A stretch of DNA of 64,000 nt from an uncultured Pirellulales bacterium (GCA_964391985.1 CAYMOE010000008.1:19090-83089), one strand, 5' to 3'. Counted from the first letter of the stretch, positions 46,720 to 57,723 are shown. Notes: generated by a model from the letters alone, not told the origin. Numbers and translations: made by a program.

Positions 46720-46974
46720 ATGATAACAAAAAAAAGAAATGACAGAGCAGAGGGGACTTTTACCGGAGTACGGGAACATACGCAATGCCGGTTTTGCCGA
46801 AACGGTCAGAGTTATGTTGATTACAAGGACATCGAAACACTGTCCAAGCTGATGACTCATCGCGGCAAGATTTATTCGCGAAAGAGAAGCGGAAACTGTG
46901 CTTCATGTCAGCGTAAAGTGAAAAAGGCTATCAAGCGAGCGAGATTTATGTCGCTTTTGCCGTTTACGGCATAG
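46720..46974 (+). CDS. rpsR: Ribosomal protein S18
   Basis: 84 aa: CRFC...VDYKDIETLSKLMTHRGKIYSRKRSGNCASCQRKVKKAIKRARFMSLLPF. Confidence 0.9.
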   Translation: MITKKRNDRAEGTFTGVREHTQCRFCRNGQSYVDYKDIETLSKLMTHRGKIYSRKRSGNCASCQRKVKKAIKRARFMSLLPFTA

Positions 46975-47036
46975 TCTGTTTTATCAGGTAAAAATTTAAT
47001 CGTATCATTTAAAAAGTTTATGAATGGTGGTAGGAT

Positions 47037-47579
47037 ATGAAAGTATTACTGGTTAATGATGTAAGAAAGCTCGGTTGGCTTGGTGATGTGGTTGAGGTGA
47101 AAGATGGTTATGCTCGTAACTATTTACTGCCTCAGGGTTTGGCGACGCAAGCCAGCGAAGCCAATATCAAAGCCATAGCTTCAGCCAAAGCCGAACGTGC
47201 CGAACAAAGATTGGCTGAACGCAAACAAATGGAAATAGCATGTGCTGCTGTTGACGGAGCAGAAGCGGTTATTACTGCTAAAGCTAACGAGCAGGGTCAT
47301 CTGTTCGGTTCGGTATCGCAAAAGCAAATAGCGGAAAATCTTAGAGAGCAGGGATATAAGGTAGCCGACGACATAGTCGAACTTTCAGGGCATATAAAGG
47401 AAGTCGGCTCGCATTTTGTGAAACTTTATTTTACTGAAGGTGTGGAAGCTACTGTAAAAGTTACAGTAATAGCTGAAGGCGCTGAAGGAATAGCGGCCCA
47501 ATCCGGCGATACAGCACATCAAGCTGAGTCGGGCCGGCAGGAAAAGGAAAGTGGATCAACTGACACGCTACAGCAGTGA
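47037..47579 (+). CDS. rplI: Ribosomal protein L9
   Basis: MKVLLVNDVRKLGWLGDVVEVKDGYARNYLLPQGLA is the canonical L9 N-terminus. The protein has an extended C-terminus. Confidence 0.9.
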   Translation: MKVLLVNDVRKLGWLGDVVEVKDGYARNYLLPQGLATQASEANIKAIASAKAERAEQRLAERKQMEIACAAVDGAEAVITAKANEQGHLFGSVSQKQIAENLREQGYKVADDIVELSGHIKEVGSHFVKLYFTEGVEATVKVTVIAEGAEGIAAQSGDTAHQAESGRQEKESGSTDTLQQ

Positions 47580-47667
47580 TAAAAAAGGAAAGAGCAAGCT
47601 GGTTGCGGTAAATCGGGCTGCTTCGGCTGACTCAGGCCCAAATCCTAAGTCTGCTGAGGTGCAAGTA

Positions 47668-49005
47668 ATGCCCGAATCTCTTGCGGCTGAAGCTGCCGTG
47701 TTGGCTTCGATGATTGTTGACCCGATATGTATCGGTGAAGTCGTCGAATATCTCGGCAATGCAGGTACAAGTTCTTTCTATAGACTCGAGCATCAGATAA
47801 TTTACGATGCTCTTGTCCGGCTTTATGAACGGAACAAGGGTATCGGTATCGATGCGGTTTTGCTTCGTGACGAGCTTGAGAAACAAAAACAGCTCGAAGA
47901 AGCCGGTGGAGTCGAATATATCGGGCGTATAGTCGAGTCAGTTCCCTCGGCTGCCAATGTTATGTATTACGCCCGGATAGTAAAAGACAAACAGCTTCTG
48001 CGGGAGCTGATACAGGCGGCATCGGATATTCTCAATGACGCACACGACCAAGCCGGAGAAACTAATGAAAAGCTCGACCGCGCCGAACAAAAAATATTTG
48101 GTATTGCCGACAAAAACATATCCGGTTCTGCTTCGGCGCTGAAAGATCTTGTAACCGCTGCCTATGAACTAATAGAACGAAGACAAGGCAGACATGTTAC
48201 CGGTCTGGCGACGGGTTATTTCGAGCTTGATGAGCTTACCTGCGGACTTCAGAACGGTGAAATGATAGTCATAGCCGGAAGACCGAGTATGGGTAAAACC
48301 GCGATAGCTCTTAATATGGCCGAGCATATCGCTGTGGTTGAGCAGATGCCTGTCGCGATATTTTCACTCGAAATGGGCAGGCAGCAGTTAGCTGAGCGTT
48401 TTTTATGCAGCAACAGCAGAATCGAATCTCAGCTTGTACGAAAAGGTATGCTAAGTACCGCACATTTCGAAGAATTGGTCAAATCCTGCGGTGTTCTTGC
48501 CGAGGCTCCGATTTATATTGACGATACTTCCGGTCTTACTCCGCTGGAGCTTCGCGCAAAAGCCAGACGATTGAGAAGCAGATATAATATAAAATGCGTT
48601 ATACTGGACTATCTTCAGCTGATGGGACTGGGTTCGGGCAGAATCGAGTCTCGCCAGCAGGAGATAACCACTATATCCAGATATATAAAAGGATTAGCCA
48701 GAGAGCTTAATATACCTGTGATTATGCTCAGCCAGCTCAATCGTTCTCCCGAAGGAAGAGAAGGGCATCGGCCTCGAATGAGCGATTTGCGCGAGTCGGG
48801 AAGTATTGAGCAGGATGCCGATGTTGTTATGCTTCTTCACAGGGAAGATTATTATCATCGCGGAGAGGAAGGTTATCAGGATTGTAATACCGCTGAGGTG
48901 ATTATCGCCAAACAGCGTAACGGCCCGACTGGGACCGTAAAACTTACGTTTCTTGACAAGATTACTCGTTTCGAGAATTATTCCGGGTCAGACGAACCTT
49001 TTTAG
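47668..49005 (+). CDS. dnaB: Replicative DNA helicase DnaB
   Basis: MPESLAAEAAVLASMIVDP..., Walker A GRPSMGKTA, Walker B VILDYLQLM, and ...SQLNR.... The ATG at 47668 is preceded by GAGGTG 6 nt upstream. The ORF-track start at 47551 would overlap rplI. Confidence 0.9.
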   Translation: MPESLAAEAAVLASMIVDPICIGEVVEYLGNAGTSSFYRLEHQIIYDALVRLYERNKGIGIDAVLLRDELEKQKQLEEAGGVEYIGRIVESVPSAANVMYYARIVKDKQLLRELIQAASDILNDAHDQAGETNEKLDRAEQKIFGIADKNISGSASALKDLVTAAYELIERRQGRHVTGLATGYFELDELTCGLQNGEMIVIAGRPSMGKTAIALNMAEHIAVVEQMPVAIFSLEMGRQQLAERFLCSNSRIESQLVRKGMLSTAHFEELVKSCGVLAEAPIYIDDTSGLTPLELRAKARRLRSRYNIKCVILDYLQLMGLGSGRIESRQQEITTISRYIKGLARELNIPVIMLSQLNRSPEGREGHRPRMSDLRESGSIEQDADVVMLLHREDYYHRGEEGYQDCNTAEVIIAKQRNGPTGTVKLTFLDKITRFENYSGSDEPF

Positions 49006-49018
49006 GAGCACGGAAGCA

Positions 49019-51379
49019 ATGGCAAGGACATATCGTAATTGTCTGTTGGCAATCGGATGTTTTCTATTTTTAGTCTTCATCATTTTTCCGGTTTCTTCCG
49101 TCGGTCAGCCTGCTCAGCCGGGCAGAGGGCCGCAGATTACTATCGGCGAGGTTAAGGTTGTCGGTAACCGAAGCGTGACCCAAGCCGAAGTTCTTTCGAG
49201 AGTTCGCAGCAGAGCGGGCCAGATATTTGACCCTGCTGAAGCAGATGAAGACGCAAAGCGCGTAGCCGAAATTACAGGTGTGGAGTTCTGCTACTATAGC
49301 ACGGCTATGGTCGATAATAAAATGGAGCTTACCTTTGTTGTCGTCGAGAAGAACATTGTCAGAGCTATTGTTTTTGTCGGAAACAAAACTTTCAAACCTA
49401 ATGTTTTGACTCAAAGGCTGGATTTTAAACTCGGCGATTATCTCGACCCGCTTAGTGTTCGAATGAGCGAGAGGGCACTGATAGAGTTTTATGAGAAAAA
49501 AGGATTTCCTGATGTTAGGGTGAATCTTGAAGGAGACAGGCTTAGCGAGGGCAGGGTTATTTATCGGATACAGGAAGGCCCGCGCGTAGTGATTGATGCG
49601 GTGCAGTATTCGGGCAATAAAAAAATCAAAACAAGCGAGCTTAAAAAGATTGTAAAAACGACCAAGAGAAGGTTTATGGCTTTTAAGAGATATTATGTTG
49701 CCGAAGAAATCGAAAAAGATATCTCTAATTTGCTTACTAAATACTATGAAAGGGGTTTTCTTGACTGCAAAGTCAGAGCGGATTTGGCTTTTAACGAGGA
49801 TAGAAGCAAAGTCAGAATCACTTTTGTTATCGATGAAGGAACTCAGTACAGAGTAAATGATATAACAATCGAAGGGAATATACACTTTTCCGATAACGAG
49901 CTTAGCGACGAATTCAAACTCGAGCAGGACAAATTTTATAACGAGAGAAAAGCCGAGTTCGACTCGAAAAAGATACTTAGTAAATATCGAGAAAGCGGTT
50001 TTGTCGAAGTCGAAGTCGAAAAGAAAAAATCTTTCGTGGGAGCCGATGCGGTTGATTTGGAACATAATGTTACCGAAGGCGGACGCTTTACAATAGGAAG
50101 AATTAATATCACCGGAAACAAAGAAACACGGGACAAGGTGGTCAGAAATGTTCTTAACGAATATGATTTTGTGCCGGGCAACTGGTGGAACGCCGATATT
50201 GCCCGCGGTGATGGTTCGGGTTATCTCGAAAAACTCGTAAGGCGCACAGCCGTTGCGGAATCGGCTACGATTATACCTTCCGGAAGGGAACCGAACTTCA
50301 GGGATGCACAGGTTAATATTACCGAAACGCAGTCAGGTATGATTTTGCTCGGTGCCGGCGTCGGAAGCGACAGCGGTGTTATGGGGCAGTTGGTTTTTGA
50401 GCAGAGGAATTTCGACATTTCCAACCGACCCAAAAGTCTCTGGGAACTTTTGACCGGACAGGCGTTCAAAGGAGCAGGTCAGAATTTCAGAATAGCTCTG
50501 GAACCAGGAACTCAGATGAGTCGATACTCGATTAGTTTTTCAGATCCTTACTGGAGAGATAAACCTATCACTTTCGACATGGCGGCATCGAGTTTTATGA
50601 GAGGCTATGAATCTTACGAAGAAGAAAGAATCAAGGGAATGTTCGGATTCGAGAAGAGATATAAGAATAAATGGCGCAGAAGTATCAGCTTCAGAGCCGA
50701 GAATGTTGACATATCCGGTATAGATTTTGATGCGCCCCGCGAAGTCAGCAGACACAGAGGTTCTAATATTATTTACGGCTTGCGGTTTGGTACCGGCAAA
50801 GATATGAGAGACGATGTCTTTAATCCCAGCAGCGGTTATAGTTTCAATATGGGCTACGAACAGGTTGCCGGCGACCACACATTCGGCATTGTTGATATTG
50901 TTTACAGGCATTACAAAACACTGCACGAAGATTTGGCTGAAAATAAAACAGTTTTAGCGGTTAAACTTTTAGGCGCCACTGTGGTCGGCAATGCCCCGAT
51001 GTTCGAGAAGTTTTATGGGGGCGGTTCGGGTTATTATGGAATTCGAGGTTTCGAATATCGCGGTGTCAGCCCCAGAGGTCTTCAAACAAATGTTCCCAAT
51101 CCGAGGCGCAAAGATCCGGTAGGCAGTGACTGGATATTCCTTGCTAACGGTGAGGTTACTATTCCGTTAGGAAGTGAGACTTTTGCGGGACTGGTTTTTG
51201 TTGACAGCGGTATGGTTGAGACAGGCGGATACAGAGCGGCTGTTGGTGTCGGTATTCAAATACTTATGCCGCAATGGTTCGGGCCTGTTCCGATGCGGTT
51301 CGAGCTGGCTACGCCGATAATGAAAGACAGCTCAGATGATACTCAGGCTTTTAGCTTTTCGGTCGGCAGGCTGTTTTAA
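49019..51379 (+). CDS. bamA: Outer membrane protein assembly factor BamA
   Basis: Signal peptide, then repeated POTRA units (VKVVGNRSVTQAEVLSRV..., IVFVGNKTF..., VQYSGNKKI..., ITIEGNIHF..., INITGNKET...), and a C-terminal beta-barrel ending ...FSFSVGRLF. The ATG at 49019 follows an AGGAG. Confidence 0.85.
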   Translation: MARTYRNCLLAIGCFLFLVFIIFPVSSVGQPAQPGRGPQITIGEVKVVGNRSVTQAEVLSRVRSRAGQIFDPAEADEDAKRVAEITGVEFCYYSTAMVDNKMELTFVVVEKNIVRAIVFVGNKTFKPNVLTQRLDFKLGDYLDPLSVRMSERALIEFYEKKGFPDVRVNLEGDRLSEGRVIYRIQEGPRVVIDAVQYSGNKKIKTSELKKIVKTTKRRFMAFKRYYVAEEIEKDISNLLTKYYERGFLDCKVRADLAFNEDRSKVRITFVIDEGTQYRVNDITIEGNIHFSDNELSDEFKLEQDKFYNERKAEFDSKKILSKYRESGFVEVEVEKKKSFVGADAVDLEHNVTEGGRFTIGRINITGNKETRDKVVRNVLNEYDFVPGNWWNADIARGDGSGYLEKLVRRTAVAESATIIPSGREPNFRDAQVNITETQSGMILLGAGVGSDSGVMGQLVFEQRNFDISNRPKSLWELLTGQAFKGAGQNFRIALEPGTQMSRYSISFSDPYWRDKPITFDMAASSFMRGYESYEEERIKGMFGFEKRYKNKWRRSISFRAENVDISGIDFDAPREVSRHRGSNIIYGLRFGTGKDMRDDVFNPSSGYSFNMGYEQVAGDHTFGIVDIVYRHYKTLHEDLAENKTVLAVKLLGATVVGNAPMFEKFYGGGSGYYGIRGFEYRGVSPRGLQTNVPNPRRKDPVGSDWIFLANGEVTIPLGSETFAGLVFVDSGMVETGGYRAAVGVGIQILMPQWFGPVPMRFELATPIMKDSSDDTQAFSFSVGRLF

Positions 51380-51443
51380 CTTTGTAAACGTTCAGGATTG
51401 TACTTGAATAGATTCTTATTTCGTATAACAGAAAGGATATAAA

Positions 51444-52040
51444 ATGAAATCGAGAGCACTAATACTGTGTTGTGCAGCAGTAATAATAGCTTTGTTTGTG
51501 AGCAGCGAGCCTAACTGGGCGGCCAAGTCAGATTCCGGCAATCCCTCCGGTATAAAAATCGGCGTTATTAGCATTCGGACTATTTTCGAAAAATGTAAAC
51601 GCAACGATGCGTACAGAGATACTATGGCTGCTAAGCAGGATAAAATTATCGCTGATTTAGAAAAATTGAGAGCGGAGATTGAAGCTGACAGAGCGGGGCT
51701 TAGAACAGTAAAAGCAGGCAGCAGTGAGCATATGGCCAAGATGAAAGAAATTCTGACTAAACAAGCCAGTCTTACAGCTCAACAGGAATTCTACAAACAG
51801 CAAATGGCTATGGAAGAGCAGCAGTGGATTGAGCGGCTTTATAGAGATATTGTCCGCATCACCAACGAAACAGCCAAAGAAAGAGGTTTGGACATGATTC
51901 TTGATAACAGCGAACCCGAACTGACGGAAACAACTGCCGAAGGGTTGGTAATGAGTATAAGGACGCATAAGGTTTTATTCAGTGCCGGCTGTACTGATAT
52001 TACAGACGAGGTAATAAAAAGACTGGATGCTATGAACTAA
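51444..52040 (+). CDS. skp: Periplasmic chaperone Skp/OmpH family
   Basis: 198 aa with a signal peptide and a long coiled-coil-type region. It sits between bamA and lpxD, as in the canonical cluster. Confidence 0.7.
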   Translation: MKSRALILCCAAVIIALFVSSEPNWAAKSDSGNPSGIKIGVISIRTIFEKCKRNDAYRDTMAAKQDKIIADLEKLRAEIEADRAGLRTVKAGSSEHMAKMKEILTKQASLTAQQEFYKQQMAMEEQQWIERLYRDIVRITNETAKERGLDMILDNSEPELTETTAEGLVMSIRTHKVLFSAGCTDITDEVIKRLDAMN

Positions 52041-52074
52041 AAATTAATGCGAATCGCAAGAGTTGTTAGGCAAA

Positions 52075-53118
52075 ATGATTACCATTTCACAGCTTGCAGA
52101 GAAAATCGGCGCGAACCTGTTGGGTGATGGTTCGGGGTTTGTTAAAGCGGTCGGACCGATTGAGTCGGCTTGCGAAACCGATATTACGTTTATTTCCGAT
52201 GCCAAACGGGAATCTTTTCTGAAAAATACCAAAGCAGCCGGTGTAATTGCAGCCAAACAGGTCGATGGATTTTCTCGTCCGCAGCTTTTAGTCAAAGATG
52301 TTAATATAGCCTTGGTAGAAGCCCTGAAGATTTTTGCTCCGCGGTTAAACTTACCTGAACCCGGAATTGATAATACGGCAAAGGTATCAGATTCAGCCGA
52401 AATCGACAAAACTGCGAGTATCGGAGCGTTTGTATTAATTGCCGACGGTGTTTGTATCGGTAAAAACTGTGTTATCGCGGCAGGATGCAAAATAGGACAA
52501 AATACGGTTATCGGCGACAACTGCAGGCTTGATAATAATGTTGTTGTGTATCACAACTGCAAGATTGGAAATAACGTTATAATCCAAGCCAATACCGTCA
52601 TAGGTTCGACCGGTTTTGGTTATACTCAGGTTAAAAACGGGCATCAGCTAATACCTCATAACGGCGGGGTAATTATCGAGGATTTTGTCGAAATCGGTAC
52701 TAATAGCTGTGTGGACCGAGCGAAATTCGGAAACACAATAATCGGAGCGGGAACTAAGATAGATAATCTCGTTCATATTGCGCATAATGTAATTATAGGA
52801 AAATGTTGTTTAATAATAGCTCAGGTTGGCATCGCAGGAAGCAGTAAAATTGGCGATGGCGTTGTTTTGGCCGGACAGGTCGGTGTGGTAGATAACGTTT
52901 CAATCGGCTCAGGCACGCTTATCGGCGCCCAAGCCGGTGTAATGCATGATATACCTGCCGGTAAAAAAGCGGTCGGTTCTCCTGCGATTGATTATACGGA
53001 AGAACTAAAGCTTGTTGTTTTACGTGCGAAATTACCAAAAATGGTTCAACAGTTAAAAGACTTGACCAGACGGATAGAATCTCTTGAAACTGCAAAAGAC
53101 GATAAAAAATCAGGTTAG
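52075..53118 (+). CDS. lpxD: UDP-3-O-acylglucosamine N-acyltransferase
   Basis: [13 protein letters not shown]... N-terminus, a long hexapeptide-repeat region and a C-terminal helix. I chose the ATG at 52075 within the ORF-track ORF. Confidence 0.9.
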   Translation: MITISQLAEKIGANLLGDGSGFVKAVGPIESACETDITFISDAKRESFLKNTKAAGVIAAKQVDGFSRPQLLVKDVNIALVEALKIFAPRLNLPEPGIDNTAKVSDSAEIDKTASIGAFVLIADGVCIGKNCVIAAGCKIGQNTVIGDNCRLDNNVVVYHNCKIGNNVIIQANTVIGSTGFGYTQVKNGHQLIPHNGGVIIEDFVEIGTNSCVDRAKFGNTIIGAGTKIDNLVHIAHNVIIGKCCLIIAQVGIAGSSKIGDGVVLAGQVGVVDNVSIGSGTLIGAQAGVMHDIPAGKKAVGSPAIDYTEELKLVVLRAKLPKMVQQLKDLTRRIESLETAKDDKKSG

Positions 53119-54394
53119 ATTGGCCGGCAAAGGTTTGTTCGGCGGCGAGCCTGCCGAGGCGAATTTTCTTCCGGCCCCGGTGAATAGCGGGATTGTTTTT
53201 ATTAAAACAGATGCTCCCGAACCGGTTCGGATACCCGCGCTGGCGACGAGTGTTGCCGAGCGAGGCCGCAGAACCAGTCTCAAGAGGGGAAGCTACAGCA
53301 TTGAGACAACCGAACATTGTTTAGCGGCGGTTGCGGCACTTGAAATTGACAATTTAACCATTGAAGTCGCCGGCTCGGAATTACCGGCACCTGATTGCAG
53401 CAGCGCAAAATTTTTCAGTATTCTCAAAGAAGCCGGTCTGGTCGAGCAGAACGCCGAGCGCAAAGAGCTTAAGATTACTGAACCAATCAGCATTAACACA
53501 GCCGGAGCTTCGATACATGCTTTGCCGAGCGAAGAAGAGGGGCTTAGTATAACTTATGATTTAGATTATTCGATGCACACGGGAATCGGCAGGCAGATAT
53601 TCGGATGCAGGCTGACTGCGGAAAGTTTCGAAAAAAACCTTGCTCCTGCCAGAACATTTCTGCTCGAAGCCGAAGCGAAACATTTCCAGTCCCGCGGAAT
53701 CGGAACTCATCTTGGCCCAAGGGATATATTGGTGATAAATTCCGACGGGCCTATAAAGAACAGTTTCAGATTTCCCAATGAATGCGTAAGGCATAAAATG
53801 GTTGATTTAATCGGTGATTTGGTTCTTGTAGGCAGGCCGATTAACGCAAGGATTGTTGCTTATAAAAGCGGCCATTCTCTCAATCAGCAGCTTGCACGGA
53901 AATTATATGAATTGGCTCGCAAGGCCGAACGTATCGAAAAACTCGGCTCCGATGCTCTTTTGGATATACGCCGCATCCAAAAAATACTTCCTCACCGCTA
54001 CCCGTTTTTGCTTGTTGATAAAGTGATAGAAATTGACGGTGACAGATATATAAAAGGCATTAAAAATGTTACGTTTAACGAACCGTTCTTTCAGGGGCAT
54101 TTTCCCGGAACGCCGGTTATGCCGGGTGTGCTTATAGTCGAAGCAATGGCTCAGATATCAGGATTGCTTTTTGCGCAAAAACTCGAACATACCGGTATGC
54201 TTGCGGTTTTGCTGAGTATGGACTCGGTTAAACTGCGAAAAGCCGTAATGCCGGGCGACCAGCTTATATTAATCGCTGAAAGCGACCGCGTCGGCAGCCG
54301 TGCGGCTCAATGCAAATGCAAAGCTATGGTCGGCGATGCAGTAGCAGCCGAAGCAAATATTAAATTTATGTTAGTGGACGATGAAAAAATATAG
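53084..54394 (+). CDS. lpxC-fabZ: Bifunctional LpxC deacetylase / FabZ dehydratase fusion
   Basis: 436 aa. The TTG start gives [21 protein letters not shown], a typical LpxC N-terminus. The zinc-ligand contexts TTEHCLAA and [10 protein letters not shown] are present. The C-terminal 150 aa carry the FabZ motifs [11 protein letters not shown] and HFPG.PVMPGVL. Confidence 0.9.
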   Translation: MKLQKTIKNQVRLAGKGLFGGEPAEANFLPAPVNSGIVFIKTDAPEPVRIPALATSVAERGRRTSLKRGSYSIETTEHCLAAVAALEIDNLTIEVAGSELPAPDCSSAKFFSILKEAGLVEQNAERKELKITEPISINTAGASIHALPSEEEGLSITYDLDYSMHTGIGRQIFGCRLTAESFEKNLAPARTFLLEAEAKHFQSRGIGTHLGPRDILVINSDGPIKNSFRFPNECVRHKMVDLIGDLVLVGRPINARIVAYKSGHSLNQQLARKLYELARKAERIEKLGSDALLDIRRIQKILPHRYPFLLVDKVIEIDGDRYIKGIKNVTFNEPFFQGHFPGTPVMPGVLIVEAMAQISGLLFAQKLEHTGMLAVLLSMDSVKLRKAVMPGDQLILIAESDRVGSRAAQCKCKAMVGDAVAAEANIKFMLVDDEKI

Positions 54395-54421
54395 TTCAAG
54401 GAATGACGAGGAGTTTTTTTG

Positions 54422-55228
54422 ATGTTGGAAATACATCCGAGTGCAGTAGTAGACAAAACAGTAGAATTCAAAGGAAATGTTAAAATCGGACCGAATTGCG
54501 TAATAGGAAAAGGAACTTCGATAGGAGACGATTGTATATTCCAAGCCAATGTAGTTGTCGGCGAAAATGTGAAAATCGGCAGCGGCAACAGATTCTTCGC
54601 TTTCAGTATAATCGGCGGCAGACCTCAGATATTGGCGATGAATCCTGATGAGCCGGTCGGCGGACTTGTCATAGGCGATAATAATGTTATTCGTGAGCAG
54701 GCTACGATTCATCCGAGTATGTACAAAGACCAGTTTACCAAAATAGGTAATGATAATTTTTTGATGATAGGTGTTCATATCGGCCACGATTGCGTGCTCG
54801 AAGATAAAATGGTATTGAGCAACTATGTTCAAGTCAGCGGTCATTGTAAAGTTGAAACAGGCGTCTGGTTAAGCGGCATGGTTTTGATTCATCAGTTTGT
54901 TACCATAGGCAAATGGTGTTATGCCGCCGGAATGACCGGTATTAATCATGATGTTCCGCCTTTTTTGATTATCAGCGGCCATTATCCTCCTGAGGTTCGA
55001 GGGGTTAACGAACGAGGCTTGACCCGTGCCGGATTAAACGAAAAACAGCAAAAGCTTGTGTTCCAAACGTATAAAAAACTGTATCGCAACGATGGACCTT
55101 TGCTGAAAAATGCCCAAGATTTAGCACAGCAGGATGGAATCGATGAAAATGTTCGGGCTATGCTGGACAATATTATAAACAGCGCAAAACATCGTTACGG
55201 CAGGTATCTTGAAACTTTCAGACACTAA
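54422..55228 (+). CDS. lpxA: Acyl-ACP--UDP-GlcNAc O-acyltransferase
   Basis: MLEIHPSAVVD..., hexapeptide repeats and a C-terminal helical domain (RGVNERGLTRAGL...). Confidence 0.9.
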   Translation: MLEIHPSAVVDKTVEFKGNVKIGPNCVIGKGTSIGDDCIFQANVVVGENVKIGSGNRFFAFSIIGGRPQILAMNPDEPVGGLVIGDNNVIREQATIHPSMYKDQFTKIGNDNFLMIGVHIGHDCVLEDKMVLSNYVQVSGHCKVETGVWLSGMVLIHQFVTIGKWCYAAGMTGINHDVPPFLIISGHYPPEVRGVNERGLTRAGLNEKQQKLVFQTYKKLYRNDGPLLKNAQDLAQQDGIDENVRAMLDNIINSAKHRYGRYLETFRH

Positions 55229-55246
55229 TATCGGAGAAAGACAGAA

Positions 55247-56269
55247 TTGGGGAAAATTAACAGTCAAGTCAGAACGGCGGTTATCGGCGCCGGAAAAATG
55301 GGAGAAATCCACGCTAAGGTTTACCACCAGTTACCCGACAGCAAATTAACAGCAGTTGTCGATACGGATATCAGCAAGGCAAAAAGTCTGGGCAAAAAAT
55401 ATAAATGTTTATATACGACCGATTGCTCGGAGATACTTGGCGAGGTGGACGCTGTTACGATAGCTACCCCGACAATCAGCCATTTGGAAACAGCCAAGAG
55501 ATTTATTGAAAACGGCAAAGCGGTTCTGATTGAAAAACCTCTTGCCGCAAGTGTCTCTCAAGCAAGAGAAATTGTCGAACTTGCCGAGAAGCATAATGCA
55601 GTTGTCGCGGTCGGTCATTCGGAAAGATGCAATCCGGTTGTTCAGGCGATGAAAAAATTCAATATACAAGCCAAATTTATCGAGGCTCACCGGATAAGCC
55701 CTTACCCGTTTCGTTCGACCGATATCGGCGTGGTGATGGATGTAATGATTCACGATATCGACATTATTTTATCGCTTGCAGCCAGCAAACTTAAAAAAGT
55801 CGATGCGGTCGGAATCGGAGTGATTGACGAAGAAAAAGAGGATATTTGCAATGCACGTCTTGTTTTTGAGAACGGCTGTGTCGCGAATGTTACAGCCTCG
55901 AGATTGGCTCTCAAAACCGAGCGAAAGGTAAGGCTTTTCAGCAGGCAGGCTTATATGAGTCTGGATTACTTCAAAAAAACCGGAACCGTCATCAGGGCTG
56001 ATACGGATAATATCGAAGTAGTCGACAAAATCCGTAAATTGAAAAAAGTCGGGAGATTCGAGCTTCTCAAAGCCGGCTGGACCGACTTGGTTCACTACGA
56101 AAGATTGCAGATTGATGACAGAGAGCCTCTAAGAATCGAACAGGAATCTTTCCTTAAAGCAATTTTAGACAAGTCAGCTAAACCAGAGGTAACAGCACGC
56201 GAAGGATTGGCTGCGATGGAATGTGCCGAGATGATTATCAATTCGATTAAACAGCATCGATGGGATTAA
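55247..56269 (+). CDS. Gfo/Idh/MocA-family NAD(P)-dependent oxidoreductase in the lipid A cluster
   Basis: 340 aa with a TTG start, a Rossmann N-terminus (VRTAVIGAGKMGEIH) and an EKPLA motif. It lies directly downstream of lpxA. Confidence 0.75.
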   Translation: MGKINSQVRTAVIGAGKMGEIHAKVYHQLPDSKLTAVVDTDISKAKSLGKKYKCLYTTDCSEILGEVDAVTIATPTISHLETAKRFIENGKAVLIEKPLAASVSQAREIVELAEKHNAVVAVGHSERCNPVVQAMKKFNIQAKFIEAHRISPYPFRSTDIGVVMDVMIHDIDIILSLAASKLKKVDAVGIGVIDEEKEDICNARLVFENGCVANVTASRLALKTERKVRLFSRQAYMSLDYFKKTGTVIRADTDNIEVVDKIRKLKKVGRFELLKAGWTDLVHYERLQIDDREPLRIEQESFLKAILDKSAKPEVTAREGLAAMECAEMIINSIKQHRWD

Positions 56270-56271
56270 AC

Positions 56272-57678
56272 CTACAGCGGTCGACGGAGAATACTCATTA
56301 CGGTTCTGGCAAGACCTACTTTTAGAGATAATTTCGGGTCGAAGAAAAATCTTTCAGCTGCGTTCATTTTATAATGCGCCGGTTTGTCCGCCGGAATCAT
56401 TTTAAAAAGCAAAACCGCGCAGAGCCTCATTGCTGCACTGACCGCAAAAACGCTTTGAAGCTGATAATCTAAAATCACCGGAAGCATCGGGCCGATAAGC
56501 CCTCCTAAAAACGCGCCGAGCGCCACGCCGGTGTAATTAATAACATTAAGATAAGCTATATACGCGACTCGATAACGGCGGTCTATCGTGTGGATGGTAT
56601 AATTGAAACTTGCCAGCGCCAAGCCGCCCCAGCCGATTCCCGCCAGGACCTGATTGCACAAAAGCAGCAGATGATTATGCGTAACAAGCCAAAGTACCGG
56701 ATTTAAAGCAGCACACAGCGCGAATAATCGCATAGGTAAAACATTTCCGAGTCTGTCGCAAAGTTTGCCCAGCAGACCTATGGTAAGAATAATTACAAGC
56801 GGCGGTGTTATATGAACCAAGGTATATTGCAGATAAGACCACTTTAAATCATTAAGCATATAGACCGCAAAAAACGGAGCAGCGAAATTGGCTGCGAAAC
56901 TCAGCATTGCCATTGCGATTCCGTAAGTACCTAATGGCCCTGAGATGTTAGATTTTAGAAACTGAACGAAGTTACCGCTGTGTCTTGGGTGTGCATGGAT
57001 TTGGGCAGGTTCGTACTGCAGCATTAAACCGATTGCTGAAACGATTCTCGCAGCCGAAGATATGAACCATATCATTGCAAAAATCAAAGCCGCCTTGGAA
57101 ACGATGTGGTCGAGCATCTGGCCTGAAATAACAACAAAAGCTAATTGAATCACGGTCAGCAGCCTGTTTCGAATTCCGAAATATTTTCCGCGGCGCCTTC
57201 GAGGAACAATATGGCTCATCCAGTCGGCCCATGCAGCCATGCCGCAGCCGAATGCGATTGAAGCGACAACTACCGCTGAAATTGCAGACCAGACCGGAGC
57301 CGGGCCTGACATATAAATTACAAGGCCAAGCGGAATAAAACACAATGCGTGTATAAGTGTGGATATCGCGACAATCGGTTTGTATCGTTTAGCTCGGACA
57401 AGCAGCAGCGGTATCCAAAGCTGACTTAAACCCATCACCAAAGCCGGCAGAGCCGCTCCTATTCCGATTTGAATTTTCGATGCTCCGAGAAAATTCAGAT
57501 AAGGAACGTAAAACGCCTCCTGTAATCCGATAGTAATAACCGCAAAGGCTCCTTCAATAACCGAAAGACGCATTGTCTTTGAGCGGTATCGCCTGTCGTC
57601 ATAAGGGCTTATAACCGGTTTTGTCAAAATTTCTTCCATTAAATCAGCCTTTTGCAAATAAAGCGGTCTGTTATACAA
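56272..57678 (-). CDS. Major-facilitator-type transporter (12-TM membrane protein)
   Basis: 468 aa with about 12 hydrophobic segments in a 6+6 arrangement and a basic loop (RRRRGKYFGIRN) resembling MFS motif A. The substrate is unknown. Confidence 0.6.
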   Translation of the reverse strand: MYNRPLYLQKADLMEEILTKPVISPYDDRRYRSKTMRLSVIEGAFAVITIGLQEAFYVPYLNFLGASKIQIGIGAALPALVMGLSQLWIPLLLVRAKRYKPIVAISTLIHALCFIPLGLVIYMSGPAPVWSAISAVVVASIAFGCGMAAWADWMSHIVPRRRRGKYFGIRNRLLTVIQLAFVVISGQMLDHIVSKAALIFAMIWFISSAARIVSAIGLMLQYEPAQIHAHPRHSGNFVQFLKSNISGPLGTYGIAMAMLSFAANFAAPFFAVYMLNDLKWSYLQYTLVHITPPLVIILTIGLLGKLCDRLGNVLPMRLFALCAALNPVLWLVTHNHLLLLCNQVLAGIGWGGLALASFNYTIHTIDRRYRVAYIAYLNVINYTGVALGAFLGGLIGPMLPVILDYQLQSVFAVSAAMRLCAVLLFKMIPADKPAHYKMNAAERFFFDPKLSLKVGLARTVMSILRRPL

Positions 57679-57723
57679 TTAAGTTCAAAAGGTGCAATAA
57701 AAAATGTCGGCAAGTAATCGTTT

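Noticed and set aside
49070-50065. A 331-aa minus-strand ORF.
   Set aside because: It is entirely antisense to bamA, whose POTRA repeats and barrel are recognisable. Its product is F/K/I-rich and low-complexity, typical of a shadow ORF in AT-leaning coding sequence.
52044-52520. A 158-aa minus-strand ORF, plus similar antisense ORFs at 54371-54844 and 52435-52644.
   Set aside because: These are antisense to the hexapeptide-repeat regions of lpxD and lpxA. The periodic repeat composition commonly leaves long open frames on the opposite strand.
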